Assembly (NCBI GenBank): GCA_010405405.1
Contig: MU004231.1
Span: forward strand, 484,153-548,152
Length of the DNA: 64,000 bases
From: Microthyrium microscopicum
Lineage: Eukaryota
Direction of reading: 5' to 3'
Numbering within the stretch: position 1 is the stretch's first letter; every line of letters starts with the position of its first letter. The notes under the pieces were generated by a model. That model was not told the DNA's origin and did no database searches. It worked only from the letters and a program-made list of their open reading frames with translations. This document shows, one piece after another, positions 21,176 through 34,503 of the stretch. The position numbers and the translations under genes were made by a program.

Positions 21176-21981
21176 GCTGAAAACACTATTGGAGGAATTG
21201 ATCCAGGAGTTTAGATCATGGAGATTTCATACGATTCCGTTGTACCTGTGTATGTCATCGAAGTGGTTGGTAGCTTGAAGGAAGTTGTCGCGAAGGGATG
21301 AAGCTCCACCTAGCACTGTTAAAGTACTATTGAACAGCTCCGTAGGGCTCATGCATGGTCGAAGTCATCAAGATAATTATTTAGTAGGTTGGGATATATG
21401 GATGCGATGTATCTCCTACTCATGATTGAAGGTTGGGAGTCAAATGACCTATATCCGCCCGGGTATAAAGTCTGGACCAACTTCGTAATGGAAACATCTT
21501 GACGCAATTCCTACACTTCTTCAGTACTTGAACACTGTCAGCTGGGCGACAAATTAAGTGGCACGCTCTAGCCAAGTAGAATGTCTACCAACTGTTACAC
21601 CTTATTCCGAGGTGGTTTGTTTCATATTCAATGTGTATAATTCTCAATTCCTCATCCAACGCGGTGGGACTTACAGTAGCTCTTCTTTGAGAAGTGCGAT
21701 GGGAGACATCATACTCGATGGGAGCACGCTATCTATTTCAACACCCGGATGATTGTATATATATCTTTTGTTTCAATGGCCATTATCTCGTGAAGGAAGC
21801 AAAACATGATTCGAAATTCGTCATTCGATGATTCAAAGTGTCATTCATGCAATTGGTCTATCTGAATACGTGTTTCATCCGTTTCATGGCGTTCATGAGC
21901 CCGTACAGAGAACACAAAACGCCATAGCAAATGCTCATTATAAGCTCTAAACACAAATGCCAACCAGTAAGGGCAGGTCCA

Positions 21982-23318
21982 CTACTTCCATTTTTGAACC
22001 ACTACACCGCCCCGCTTGAACTCGGCAAGCTCTCCGAGCACTGCATTCTTATCGTCCAGTTCTTTGCTCGGAAATGTAGTCATCAGGGCGTACTCGCGCT
22101 GCGCAGGGCTAGCGCGATTGACAAAGTCGTAGACGTCTCCGATGGTATGAGTAGTATTGAACCGCGAAGCCAATCGAGTGCCATCACCGAGCCGAATTTG
22201 TAGACTGAGGGTTGGTGCTGAGCTATCAACCTGCACCTGCTCTGGCTCTTTTGCAGTTGCGGCCACTGGAGCTGCTGCGGCTGGTGCTTGCTGGGTAGAG
22301 CTGGATGCGGTTGTCGTCACGCCGGGAGTTGGGCTACCAAGTCGTTGTCCTTGGCCTGAGAATGGCTTATATTGAGCCTTTGGACGAACATACTTGGTCT
22401 CCTTCTGCACATCGAGAGCTAGATCGACCTCTTGACCTTGATCAACATTGAGCAAGTGGATTGGTGCTCTACCTGATTGTATCATGGCCAAAGTTTCGCG
22501 ATTCGCAGGGTCGTCGTATCGATAGAGATCACCGTCATCAACAGAGAAGCCGTCCGACCAGAGATGGAGGACCCGACTCACGCGAGGTCTAGCAGCGGCG
22601 CGCGTACCTGTAGCAGGGGGAGTGTCTTCCACAACCACCTCGCTTGGTGCATCGTCTCCACCTAGAGTAACTCCGCGGCCGGAAAAGCGAGCCGGGCGAG
22701 CCGGAGCATCATCCCCTCCAGGTCGATCCATGTTTCTGAGAATATGTGAGCTAGGATTACAAAAAATGAACGAAGTATATAACGTACCTTCGAGCACGAT
22801 CAAGCAGTCCCTGGATGGGGTCTTGTGAATTCTGAGAAGGGCCACCCTGTACTGCAAGACCAGACTTTTCACCACCCGTAAAGTAGTTTGGATCTTTCTC
22901 ATCATCGTCGTCCTCATCTTCCGCAGTGCCACTAAGGTCACGAAGTGTCCGAACGCCTCCTTGCTGGCTCTTATCCTTGGAGCCGCCGGCCTTGACTTCG
23001 GTAGTGGCGCGACCTGTGGAGGTGGAGGGGGCCGCCGCTGAGCCACTGGGTTGTGGTTCACCCATAGCATCTGATTCCGCGTCGTCATAGTCGCCGTCGC
23101 CGTCATCGTCATCGTCATCTTGAGTAAACCAGGCTTCTAGAGCAGTAGTAATATTCCACTCGTAGGATTGAAGAGCGTGAGCAGCCTAATGATTATGATA
23201 TTAGCAAGACAAAGGGCTCCAGGTAGCTATAAATACGGACCTCGACAGGTGTAGCCTGAGTGAGATTACAGAAATTTTGGATCATTTGATCGTGCGTCTC
23301 TTGTGGAGTGTCATCCAT
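21982..23318 (-). CDS. SHP1: Cdc48/p97 cofactor Shp1 (p47/Ubx1): UBA-like, SEP and UBX domains, 3 exons
   Basis: MIQNFCNLT UBA-like start, YFTGGEKSGLAVQ, SEP domain LHLWSDGFSVDDG, SHP box FSGQGQRLGS, UBX LQIRLGDGTRL..RFN..HTIGDVY..FPSKEL. Introns 23186-23240 and 22736-22787. Confidence 0.95.
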
Positions 23319-25479
23319 GGCTGATGATTTCTGTTTGTGGTTCTTAGGGATGTTTGCAGTTTTATACGCGATGACCTTGGAATGGTCGAACCGGGAGGGT
23401 TTGCGGGAGGGTTTGCTGTTCTGAATGGACGAGAGTTTCAAGGGCAGCGGGTGTGAAATAGCTAAATGTCAGCTTGATGGAGATATAGTGTTGGTCGGTG
23501 GGTTTGTGGAATAGCAGAGATTTAGTTGTTTTCGAGGGTTGAAGATGGAATTGTGTAGAAGATGTACCGGTAGAGGTTGGAAGGCTGGTGAAATGTTGAG
23601 CTAAGGCGATTGATGGTAACAGGCTCCAAAGCTGTTGCGCAAGAGGCTTGTGCTTTGACTGGGTGAAGGAGGGGTGAGGGCAACCAAGCAACTTAAGGAA
23701 GGGGCCACCATGAAAACTTCAGCCTTGCTTATTAACATGCTAATTCAGCCTTGTTGTCACCTCAAGCGGACTGGCGAAATAAGTGACACACTCCCATCAG
23801 CCTCGTTGGCTCCCATAATCTACGTTCTGAGATCGAGTGCTTTCTTTCCCATAGAGCGTGTTAGATTGTCGATTTTTATCGAATACGATGGGCAATACAG
23901 CATCTTTTCTTTAGTAGCGTTGGTGGGAGCCATCGGCGTTGGTGGAAGCGTGCCTATTATTCTGCCAGTCAGTTGCATTCCAGGTGGAGCAATTATATTT
24001 TAGGATCATCCCAAACTATAGCACAAAACTACTGGTACGTGCAGATTGATAGATCACCTACATGGTGTTTCAACATACTCCACTTAGTATCTGAGTGCTC
24101 TGTGCTACAGTAAATATGCGTGTAGAATTGAACAATCATATATTTTGAGTACGTGTTTGAAAGAATCTGACGGCTTTGACGCGATCTCGAACTGCTAATC
24201 TAAGTGCATAGAAGTGGATTTTGAAGTTGATGATGCCGCTACATTTCTTTTCAGAAGCGTTCTAATATGTAGGGCGACAAATACATTCTGTCATTGTGGG
24301 AAATGAGTTCATTACCGAAGAACACAGCAAAACAGTTCAGATACAAGAAGATCCGAATCTGTTGAAACGTGAGCCTCAAGACAAGAGATGACCCGGTATC
24401 TGACACAATACCATGGCTCAGAGAAGAGATCAAAACCAGTAACAGAGCCAAAGTTCGCATCTCCAGGCTCGGCCATAGCCTAGCGCCCGATTTCAAGAAG
24501 TAAATCATGGCCCGAAATAACAGAGCGACGGTCACAGGTTGCAACGAAGGACACGACTACTCGGGATGTGGAAATGTGGGAGATATGTTAGCACTACTCC
24601 GCATAAGCGGAAGGAGGATACCCTGGAAGTACTTGCAAATGAGCTTGTCTGGCGAACCTGCAAATATTGTGCCAGAAGGAGCTTTGTATAATGGTTCTGT
24701 AGGTAGTGACGATCAGTGAATTCTCGTACGAGTCGAAGCAAAACGGGGAAGGAAAGCCGTCTTATGTACTGCGGGCAAAACAGCGCTTCATCAAAACGTG
24801 GCAACAAAGGTTCTCAGCAACATTAGCGGAACGTAGAGTGGATTGTTGACCATGGTACAGTATCCGAGTAGAGCTCTTGGTCTTGATGATTTGCTAATAC
24901 TAAAGGGTAAGGTAGCAAATAGCTAGCCGCCAGTCTAAACCCCAGAATTGATATTTGTTATATGGCTTGATTAGCTAAACATATTGTACCTAGCCTACCT
25001 TTGCTGGCGAGTTTGACCTGAAAAGTACTAGTAATAAAGACAAGGCTCTGAAGAGCAGCAAGAGTCAACATTATCAAATGCTTGTTTTAAGGTAATGATT
25101 TGGAGAATACGTCTTCTCTTAAATAAGCACGGCACTTGGCAGAGAAACAGAAAGTTAAGGAATAAGAACACAAAGTAATACGGAGTAGAGATTTGAAGTC
25201 TGCTAGGCCTTGAAGTATTGAGCAATAGGTAGAAGAGACCCTAGGTGAATCAAAGTCGGAGTGCGGTTGTCAACACTCTTCAATTTCACCCGTCATGGCT
25301 TGTAAGTAGAGCAACCATATACGAATAGCTAAGTACCGAGAGCTTGGACTACTGGTTCAGGTAAGACCAACTCAATAACATGCTTTATTCCCATTCTCAG
25401 TAGACCGACATCGGCTCCAGAGCTATAAATCGTGATATCATGCCCCAAACAACCCATAACTGCTCGCCATGCTCCAAAC

Positions 25480-27225
25480 ATGACAGACAATGAACCATAC
25501 GACGTTATCGTAATTGGCAGTGGCAACGCTGGCCTCAGCGCCGCTGCCTCCGCTGCCCACCATCTCGGACCCGGCGCACGTATTCTTGTTCTTGAGAAAG
25601 CCCCTCGCGAATGGGCCGGTGGCAACAGTACTTTCACCGCAGGAGCATATCGTACAGTCTTCCATGGCTTGGAAGATGTGCTACCTCTTGTCAGCAATGT
25701 TAGTGAAGAGCAGGCCTCTCGTATCGATATGAATGCATACTCGGAAGAAGACTTTATGGCGGATCTCATGCGAGTCACTGATGGGCAAGCGGATCCAGAA
25801 CTGGCGAAGGTATTGGTAGGTAGATTTCAATATAAATGACTTTCCTTGGACTTGAGCGGCTTCGATCTCATCCCATCGCCTGTCTTCTTCGGGGAACAAG
25901 CGCTGCGGATCTTACAATGAGCTCTCACAAAATCCATCATCTACAAACCCAACAACTAACCCTCCCAGGTCCAAGAATCCCGCCCAACAACCCACTGGCT
26001 CCACCAAAACGGCATCCGCTTCAACCTCTCCTTCCACCGCCAAGCCTACACCATCGCCCAGCGCCAAAAATTCTGGGGCGGCATGGTCCTCGCCGTCCAA
26101 CAAGGCGGCAAAGGTCTCATCCAGCAACACCTAGCCAACATCAGCCGTCTAAACATCACCGTCCTATATAATTCGCCCGTCACCGCCCTCCTCTCCACAG
26201 CGGAATGCATCACAGGCGTGACTATCTCACCCAACCCCGGTCCAGGGTATAATGTATATGCGCTTGGCGGCATCGTCCTCGCAGCCGGCGGTTTCGAAGC
26301 CAACAAGAGCCTGCGCAGGCAACATCTAGGTCCAGCGTGGGTAAAAGCATATGTGCGCGGCACACCATATAACACCGGCGATCTGCTCACCACCTCGCTA
26401 AATCTTCCCAAACACCTCCGCGCTGTGTCGTTTGGAGATTGGGCGGGGTGTCATAGTACGTGCTGGGACGCGAATGCTTCGCCGACTGTGGGTGATCTGG
26501 CACTGACAAATCAATATACGAAAAGCGGATATCCGCTCGGTCTTATGATAAATGTTGATGGTGAACGGTTTGTAGATGAGGGTGAAGATATGCGCAATTA
26601 CACATATGCTAAGTTTGGGCGTGCGATATTGCATCAACCGGAGGGGGTTGCGTTTCAGCTGTGGGATGCTGATGGGGCGGGATGGTTGAGGGGTGAGGAG
26701 TATAGTAGGGATGTGGTTGAGCGGATTGAGGCGGAGACACTGGAGGAGTTGGTGGTGAAGTTGGAGAGTAAGGGGTTAAGGTCTCCAATGATGTTTTTGG
26801 AGACGGTGGCGGAGTATAATAATGCGGTGCACGAATTTCAGTTGGAGAATGAGAGAGATGGGGGTAAGGTGGTCTTCGATCCGAGTATAAAAGATGGCTT
26901 GAGTACCACATCGTCAAAAGGAGGATTGAAGTTGGGCCCAGATAAGACGAACTGGGCACTACCGATTATCAAAGGCCCTTTCCTGGCTGTTAAGGTTACT
27001 TGTGGGATTACATTTACTTTTGGTGGACTCAAGACATGTCCGCAGACGGCCGGTGTGATTAGCGAGAGTACAGGAAAGACGATTCCGGGCCTATACGTTG
27101 CTGGAGAGATGGTTGGCGGATTGTTCTATAAGAACTACCCAGGTGGAAGTGGCCTTACTTCTGGCGCGGTATTTGGAAGGAAGGCCGGACTAGAAGCAGC
27201 AAAGAGAGCAAAGGCTATGAGTTGA
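25480..27225 (+). CDS. FAD-dependent oxidoreductase, TcuA/CobZ (tricarballylate dehydrogenase)-like, 2 exons (25480-25815, 25969-27225)
   Basis: YDVIVIGSGNAGLSAA FAD motif, EKAP..WAGGNSTFTAGA, AGGFEAN, RGTPYNTGD, RFVDEGED.RNYTYAKFG, GITFTFGGL and GGLFY.NYPGGSGLTSGAVFGR. Intron 25816-25968. Confidence 0.88.
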
Positions 27226-27850
27226 GTACACGTTGATATAAATCCGTGTAGGCGAGTACAGGCAATCATCAGCAGCAGGACCAACATACAGAGGAAGCAA
27301 GAGTCTGATAGTAATGCTCTGATAATACATTTACGAACTAGATTCCCAGCAGCGTCAAAGACCAGCCGTCTATCTAAAGAACGCTTGAACAACGTACAAA
27401 AGCGCATAGCCACAAGAAAAGGACTTGTGTACCGTAGCAGCGCAGAATCACCTCACCCGTATCCCATTTCCCAAAGGATTGCGGCATTGCAATAAAGCCA
27501 CCCCACATTTCCATGCATTAAGCAGTATCATAATCGTCATTTGAATAGCGAAATAAGAATAAGGATCCAAAGGCCCCGCCCCCAACCCGATGCAACTAAA
27601 AGTCATTTTAACAACAAGAACGCTGAATATACTGCCCGATACCAAATGCTGAAGTAAGAAGCCCATACGTAGTTTTTTCGAAACGAACAACACATAAACA
27701 AGGTTACGGATGTAGACTGAAGCTACACTCGCCGAAACCGAAGGGGGGAGAAAGTAGAATGACGGAACGACCAGTAAAGATGCGGATAGCAAAAGCGAGC
27801 GGAGAGAGCGGAAAGTTGACCGGTGGTGGTCGGAGAAAGGGTCATGTCGT

Positions 27851-30800
27851 TCATTTTCGTTTCTTCCACCGCATTTTCTCAACCAAAGACATCTCTCTCT
27901 CTGAGCGATCACGATCTTTGCTGCGTTCACGAGAAATCTGACCCGATGCGACCTTTTCGTGTGCTTGCGCTAGGATTTGCGCGTGCTGCTGTGGCGTAAA
28001 TCGAGGAAGAGCAGTCGTCTCTTCGTCTTCTTCAAGCGGATCCACGTCCTCGCCCTGGAATGCCTCTTCGCCGCTGCTATTTTCCGCTGAGCCAGTGAAG
28101 ACAGATCGCTGGTTGCGTGAGATGCCCGGGATCTGGCCATAAGTCCGCTCATCACGCTTGGCACGTTCGTCCGCCGTCCAGTCGCGCCGAGGAGCCCGTT
28201 GAGAATGTTTGGCAGATGAGGTTGGACGAGGTGTGGTATTGGCAGAGCTAGTAGGGTGAGAATGCAGCGGATGAGTGTTCTGACTCTCGCCAGGTTCGAG
28301 TTGTTCTCCGCGCTCACGAAGTACATGTCTCGAGGTGGACTCGCGCACCGGCGTGTTACGCTGCGATGAGCCAAAAACTCGATCACTGTTCCAGCCAGGG
28401 GCAACTTTATTGCTTTCCAATTCGCGACCTCTTGGTTCATATCCCGGATTGCTGGCGCCAGAACTCGTTCGACTGCGCTCATGCGGGGTCATGTTTGCAG
28501 CAGGACCACCGTTTCGGGACTCGGTTCGTCGACTGCCGCGATCTTTGCTAGTCTCACTAGTGGTTCTCTTCTCGCGAATTGCGGTATCGCGTGCCATCGC
28601 CATGGTCACAGCATGGCCATATGCCCAGGGATGCATTCGCGCATCTGTTGATCGGGTAGCAAACTGGCTAGGTGTGGTTCTACCACTTCGCTTGCTCTCT
28701 TCAACCTCTGCAGCGCTGTCACTACCACCGTACGGAGAGGTTGTGTTGGAAGTAGGAGAAGCTTGGTCATAGATTGGCTGCGCTGGTTGCTTATGAGAAG
28801 CGTGCTCTCGCGAGCTAACAAATGATCTCGCTGATGGTAAGATCTCGAGACTTAATTGACGACCGGGTCCTCTCCATTGACGCATGGTGAGCGGAGTCTC
28901 TATACCGCTTGAGGTACTTCTAGCTGCCATTGGCGGTTTGGCTCCAAAGCTGTCGCCTCGAGAATGCAAGGTAGCAGCCGAAGTTCCAGGACGCTCGATG
29001 GCAGCTCCAGCTGACATGCTCAATCGATGTTGTGATCGTGTATCATCCATGGCTGTTGGACTGGCCACATTGCAATTCTCCATCTGTTCAATGAGGTCCT
29101 CATACATAATACTAATACGTGAAGAGGGACGCTCTGCCCGCTCGGCACGGGCCAAACAGTCTTCAGTGCGTTTCCGAAGCTGCAGACATTGTTGATGGAA
29201 TCGGCCCAAGTCACCCTCGGTAGGAGGCACGGAATTCGAGTTTGACCAGTTATTAAGCCATAGAGTGACCAGTGTGGAAAAGCTTTTTGCATGATCGATT
29301 AGATGAGGCAAGCTTGGAAAGCCTTCGCGCGAAGTTGGTGGAAGGCGTTGGAGGATTGCCAATGGAGTTGAGTATTGCGGTGGGATCTCGGGACCGATGC
29401 TGGTTGATGGAATATCACACACGGTATCAACAAACTTTTTGAAATCATTGCGACGAGCATTGAAGAAAGTGTTCATAGCCTCCATCCATTCTTCTTTGGC
29501 ACCAAAAGTTGACATGTTCGCTAGGCCTTGAAGAGATTTGGCGATGAGGGTAAAAGTCCGAACAGCGTTGCGCTTGGGATTGTCTGGGCAAGTTAGTATG
29601 GTTCGAATGTATGCGATGACTGATTTTACCTCTCAAAATCCCAAACAACTTTGGATTTAGAATTGCAGGGACAAAGAACCTCAAGAAGAGAAAACCGGAA
29701 ACACTGCTATAGCTCACAGTGCGCAGAAAATTCCCATATCGATCTTCCGCGCAAGCACGAACACGTCTGAAGATGTAGCGAAGCTCCCGAGGGCATTTGG
29801 TAGATGAATTGGCGATGCAGGCCCAGCACTGTTCAGTGTAGGTAAGTAATCTTCTCCAATTGCGATCCATGTCGTTTGGATTAGTGATTTTATTGGGATC
29901 CACTTCGCAATCTGGGTCTCTTTCGGCAATCTCGCGCAGTTTGTCTCCCAAAGTTTCTTCCAGATAATCCTTTCCTAGGCGTTTCATGTGCAGGTCGAGG
30001 GATTTTGTAAGGAGAGTGTTGCCACGGAAGAGTAGATTGGCCTCCACTGATGCTGATTTGCCCATATCGCGAACCATCATCTCACGATCGTAATGCGCCG
30101 TGTAGGAAGGATCTCCATTCTCGTTTGAGCTCATGCGGCGAGCAGAAGGGAATCGGACTCGATTACTGGGCTGTTCCTTAAGAGTCCCATCAATCTCTTC
30201 CTCAACCAAGTTACTTAACCATTCACTTGCTGTTCCAGATACTTGATAGATGTTAAGCAAGCAATCGCTCAGTCGCTTGAGTTCTCCTGGCATTCGCTGC
30301 GAAATCTGCAAAGTCAGACCATTTTCAAATCGGTGCAGCAGATCCGACATGGGTTTGTAGTCGTTGGCCATGAGAATAATACTCTCGTCTGATAGAACTC
30401 TAACAAGAACCTCACCAACACCCTGTCCGTATTGGTTGATGAGTGGCCACCACTTTTCAAGTGGTTTGCCAGAATCTAGATCATCCAGAAATACATCGAC
30501 TTGGCCATGTATCTCATCGGTATTGAGGTCTGCTGAGGGTGTGGGAAATGAGCCATTTGCAGAGCTCAACTTCCTCGAATCGTCTTTTGTAATTTTGCCA
30601 TGAGTATGCTGGTTTGGCGGCCGCTTCCGTAGCACTATGGAAGCCACAGAAACAGCAGCGGGCAGATCGGTGAATTCAAACTCCTCTCGCCAAAACGCCG
30701 AAGGCTTGTCCTCGTATTTGACCGTCGTTCTAGCCCGGATCTCGCCGTCGAGAAGAACTTCGGTATAGAGCCCACCATTACTTTGCTGACCATTACTATT

Positions 30801-32504
30801 ATCCGAACGATTGTATATTGGAGGATATTCGCTCAATCTCGGACTCAAAGGTTGAACCATTCGTGCTTCCACAACGACTACTGTCAAAGAGCGTTCCATT
30901 CGAAACATATCAGGCGTGGATGCCGCATCTTTCTCCGGGGTGTTTTGGCTCAAGGCTTCTTTGGGCCCATAGAGCTGAGGTATTGTAAAGGCGCGAAGAA
31001 GAACCAACCAAGCTTCGAAAACAACACGAGAGTCGAGTGAGATGATTATTGGCTTGGAAAAGTCCTGAGAATTAGTCGTAGCGGCGTATTGAGGGTATAT
31101 AGCGATGCAAAAATCAGTGTCCAAGACAGAGGAATCTAGCCTCTGAATGGCACAACGACTGAGCTGAGACAAGTGAATGCAAGTTATCAATCCCATTCCC
31201 TCCACTAAGTGCAGAGTCATTTCACCATTTTCGCGTAATTTTGCCGAAACATCCTGCGATCTTGGGGCATCTTGATTGTGTCTCACATGCTTTCTGGATT
31301 TTGAGGAACTCGGTGGTGTCGGAGCTGCTGTTGAATCCCAGAGTTTCATTTGACCAAACTTGATGACTGGAGGCTCTTTTAGTAAAGATATTTCCGAGTG
31401 TCTGCGATTTTCCGTAAGTTTTCGCTCTCCAACATGTGCAACTTGAGGTTTTGTCATCCGGTTTTGGGCACCTTTCGGCCGCATTGGTTGCCAGCACAGT
31501 AAGGCAGCAAACCAAGCGTCAAACTCATCCTGACTATGAGGCCGTAAATTGACTCGAAGCTTGGAATTTTGAGGGCAAACATCCAGATAGGGCATCTGCG
31601 ATTCAGCATCCCAGGCAGTCTTGATATGGCACCCTCGTAGGTCAGGTATCAACGTCCTATACTCAGATTTTCGACTCTTAGGTTCATAAACTAAGCTGCC
31701 GGATTCGTCATTGATGGTGCAATAAGAGAGTGACCAAGGTGTAGTTTCGAATCTCCGAAAGGCGAGCTGACCTTCCATTTTACCACAAGAAGATTTCATT
31801 AGAGTCAAGATCTTGCGCATATCGGATCGATGTCCCGTTGTCAATATCGATGGAGGTGACTGCCGCGCCGGAATGGGAGAAGTCTCTAATATAGGCTCCA
31901 CGGTTGACGAATCGCGAACGGTATGATTGATTTTTCCAAGTCTTTTCGTTGGCTCCGGTTTTCGCTTTGGGCCGGTAAAGGAGGGTTGAGGGATTGTAGA
32001 GATGTGGCCAATGGAAGTAACAACATCTTCAATACCAGCGCCTGTAGGAATGCTCATCGAGTTGGATGATCCTATTCTGGTTCGATTTCTATTAAAACCC
32101 GGCGGTGGTGAGACTGTGTCGCGTGGTAAAGAACTTCCTTCTATTGTTCGAGTTCGAGGTCGAAGTGCTTGCTGCATCCGCTGTTCTTGCATACTCGACA
32201 TTGTAGGGATTTCATTACTTGACCCAGCTCTTATGCGATGGCCCCTCGAGTGCCCGCGCGGGCTGTCTTGCGGAATGGCTCTTGGAGAGCTTGGGGAGGA
32301 CAAGGCGTTATATGGATCTGTGCGGTCTTGTGGTTGGTAGTAGTCGTCTTGTACCGACTCTGGAGTGACAGTCCGGATTGTAGATGGACCAAATACATCT
32401 CCTTCGGCAGCGTTGATACTACCATTACTTGGATGCCATCTATGTCTTGATCCTCCACTAGCACCCGAGGCAACTTGATCGGTCGCCTCATGTCTTGTAC
32501 TCAT
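27851..32504 (-). CDS. BUD2: Ras-family GTPase-activating protein with C2 and RasGAP domains (Bud2/Cla2-like), 2 exons
   Basis: C2 domain (EVLLDGEIRART..FWREEFEF); arginine finger LLFRGNTLLTK; SGFLFLRFFVPAILNPKLF. Intron 29584-29629 joins to RTFTLIAKSLQGLAN. First ATG at 32504 (the track starts at TTG 32810). BUD2 orthology is inferred from the architecture. Confidence 0.85.
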
Positions 32505-34503
32505 GGTTAGAGCTGCTTGTGACGTTCGAAGAAGCGCAGCCTGACCTGCTCGGCCTGAACTGGAAGACGACTCGACTCGAGGCTCTGTATGGCTGATGTT
32601 CAATAGCCACTGTTTCTCGATTTCGAGTAAGGTCCGCTCCGGAATCGGCTCCAGAGCTAATGGTTCAAGGTAGGAACGGAGGGCGGACTGGCGAAACGGA
32701 GAAGAACCCGCATCGCAAGCTGCTTCCGACCCAGTGCGCGTTGATGTTAATGGCAAGTGATCCACGAGAGCCTGATGGGATAGGCTGAGGAATATGCGAT
32801 GGAGGGGCAAGAGTATGAGTTGATGGACGCTTCCGTGGAAACTGTAGCAGGAGCTGGACGATAATCCGGTCGCGTATATATTCTGATTGAAACGAATGGA
32901 GGGATAGGTATGGAGGGGCGGTGGTTGCGAGTAGATGGTAGTGGGCGAGGAATGTATGAAAGTTGTAAGCTAGGGAAGCTTTCAATGGAGCGAACAGCGG
33001 AAGCTTGGAGGCGATCAGAGACAGCGGGAGGCCGTGAAATAAAACAGCAGATCTTCCAGATGGTGGCGGAAGGTTGTTGAAGAAGGGATAGACAGGGCGT
33101 TCAAGCGTTGGTGGATGTACAAAGGTATGAGGCAGCTAGTGTCAGGTTGAGAAGCACGGAAGGATGATAGAAGGAGTGGAAAAGGCAAAAGTGGGAGAAG
33201 GTATTCCAGGAGTGGAGCAAGTTGAATTGTGCCTGGGTGGTGGTTGTCGATGTGAGCTCTGGGAGAGGTGATTGGGTGGTCAGGTGTTGGACTGGGAGGA
33301 TTTTAGGGGTGCTTCTAGTCTTTGGGGGTGTGCAGTGTGAGATTGGAGATTGATGCTGGCTGGCGACTGTGTGGGAGTCTGGGGGAGGCAAGAGCGTACC
33401 GAGTAGTGCGGAATCTGAAACATCAAGTCTGAAAATGGCATGGTCCGAGAGTCCAATGCGACTGCCTTTTCACTATTATAATATTATTACTCTTACAGAT
33501 GGAAAGAGAATAAGCTTTATTCTTGCCTTGAAAAGAAAGAGTACTGATACTGCGGACTGTTGCTTTTTCACACCAGGTCTGATGTTCGACAGGTACTTCA
33601 ACCTACTTCATGTATGTACCTGCAGTGTCTACACCAGGGTCATTAACCACCAATCAGCCTGCATACCCACCTCCCCGTCTACACCACAGTTACAATCATA
33701 CACGTCAATCAGCCAAGTACTCGGACCACTATTATTGTTACAGAATACCAATTCCCAGTCTTTACCTGTCTGTGCTGCTCAGCAAGGAAGTACCTTACTC
33801 TGGCTGTAGCTTATAAGGAGTACTTCCAAGGGCATATCCAATATCATCGAGTCTGATATCAGAGCTACAACCCACTCTGACCTCTGCTGACATCCTGATC
33901 AAGCACCAATTCAATACCTAGTAGTAATGAGACACTGCCTCCACCAACACCAACGTGGCATCTCATCTGTCGTTCCATCCCATCACTCGCGACCCACCTC
34001 AAGGCCCCGGCTACAATTGCCTGCCATTGCGGCGTATATGCACACAATCTGCATCTTTTCACCTCAAGCCTCACAGAACGTCCAAGCATCATCAGAAACC
34101 CCTGTTACACTGCATCATCAAAGGGCATCCTCCACAAATTCCACAAGAAGCACAGAATCCGCCAAATCAAATAAAACCCAAATCTGGTATTTCTTGTCAT
34201 ACATCGCTAACAAGCACTATCGAAACCCATCAAAATTTCAAAGAACAATACACACCACAATCGTGAACGCCAACTAAATAATGGTATACCAAAATAAACA
34301 ACGAAAATCCCTAAACAGCATCCAGACATCCATCAGCCCATTCTTTGTGTCCGCAGACAAGAAAAAAAGTGAGCATGTGCTCCATGCATTTGCACCTTTT
34401 TTTCTCGTGCAACATGACCGTTGTGCCATCTCATCTCCACCCGCGCACACAGATCATGTCCCCATCGCATTTCGTCAAAGGGTTTTGCTCTACCGTGAGC
34501 ATA

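Noticed and set aside
24251..24807. Two minus-strand ORFs with an intron-like GCTAAC...TAG between them
   Set aside because: No ATG-anchored model or recognisable domain; too weak to call.
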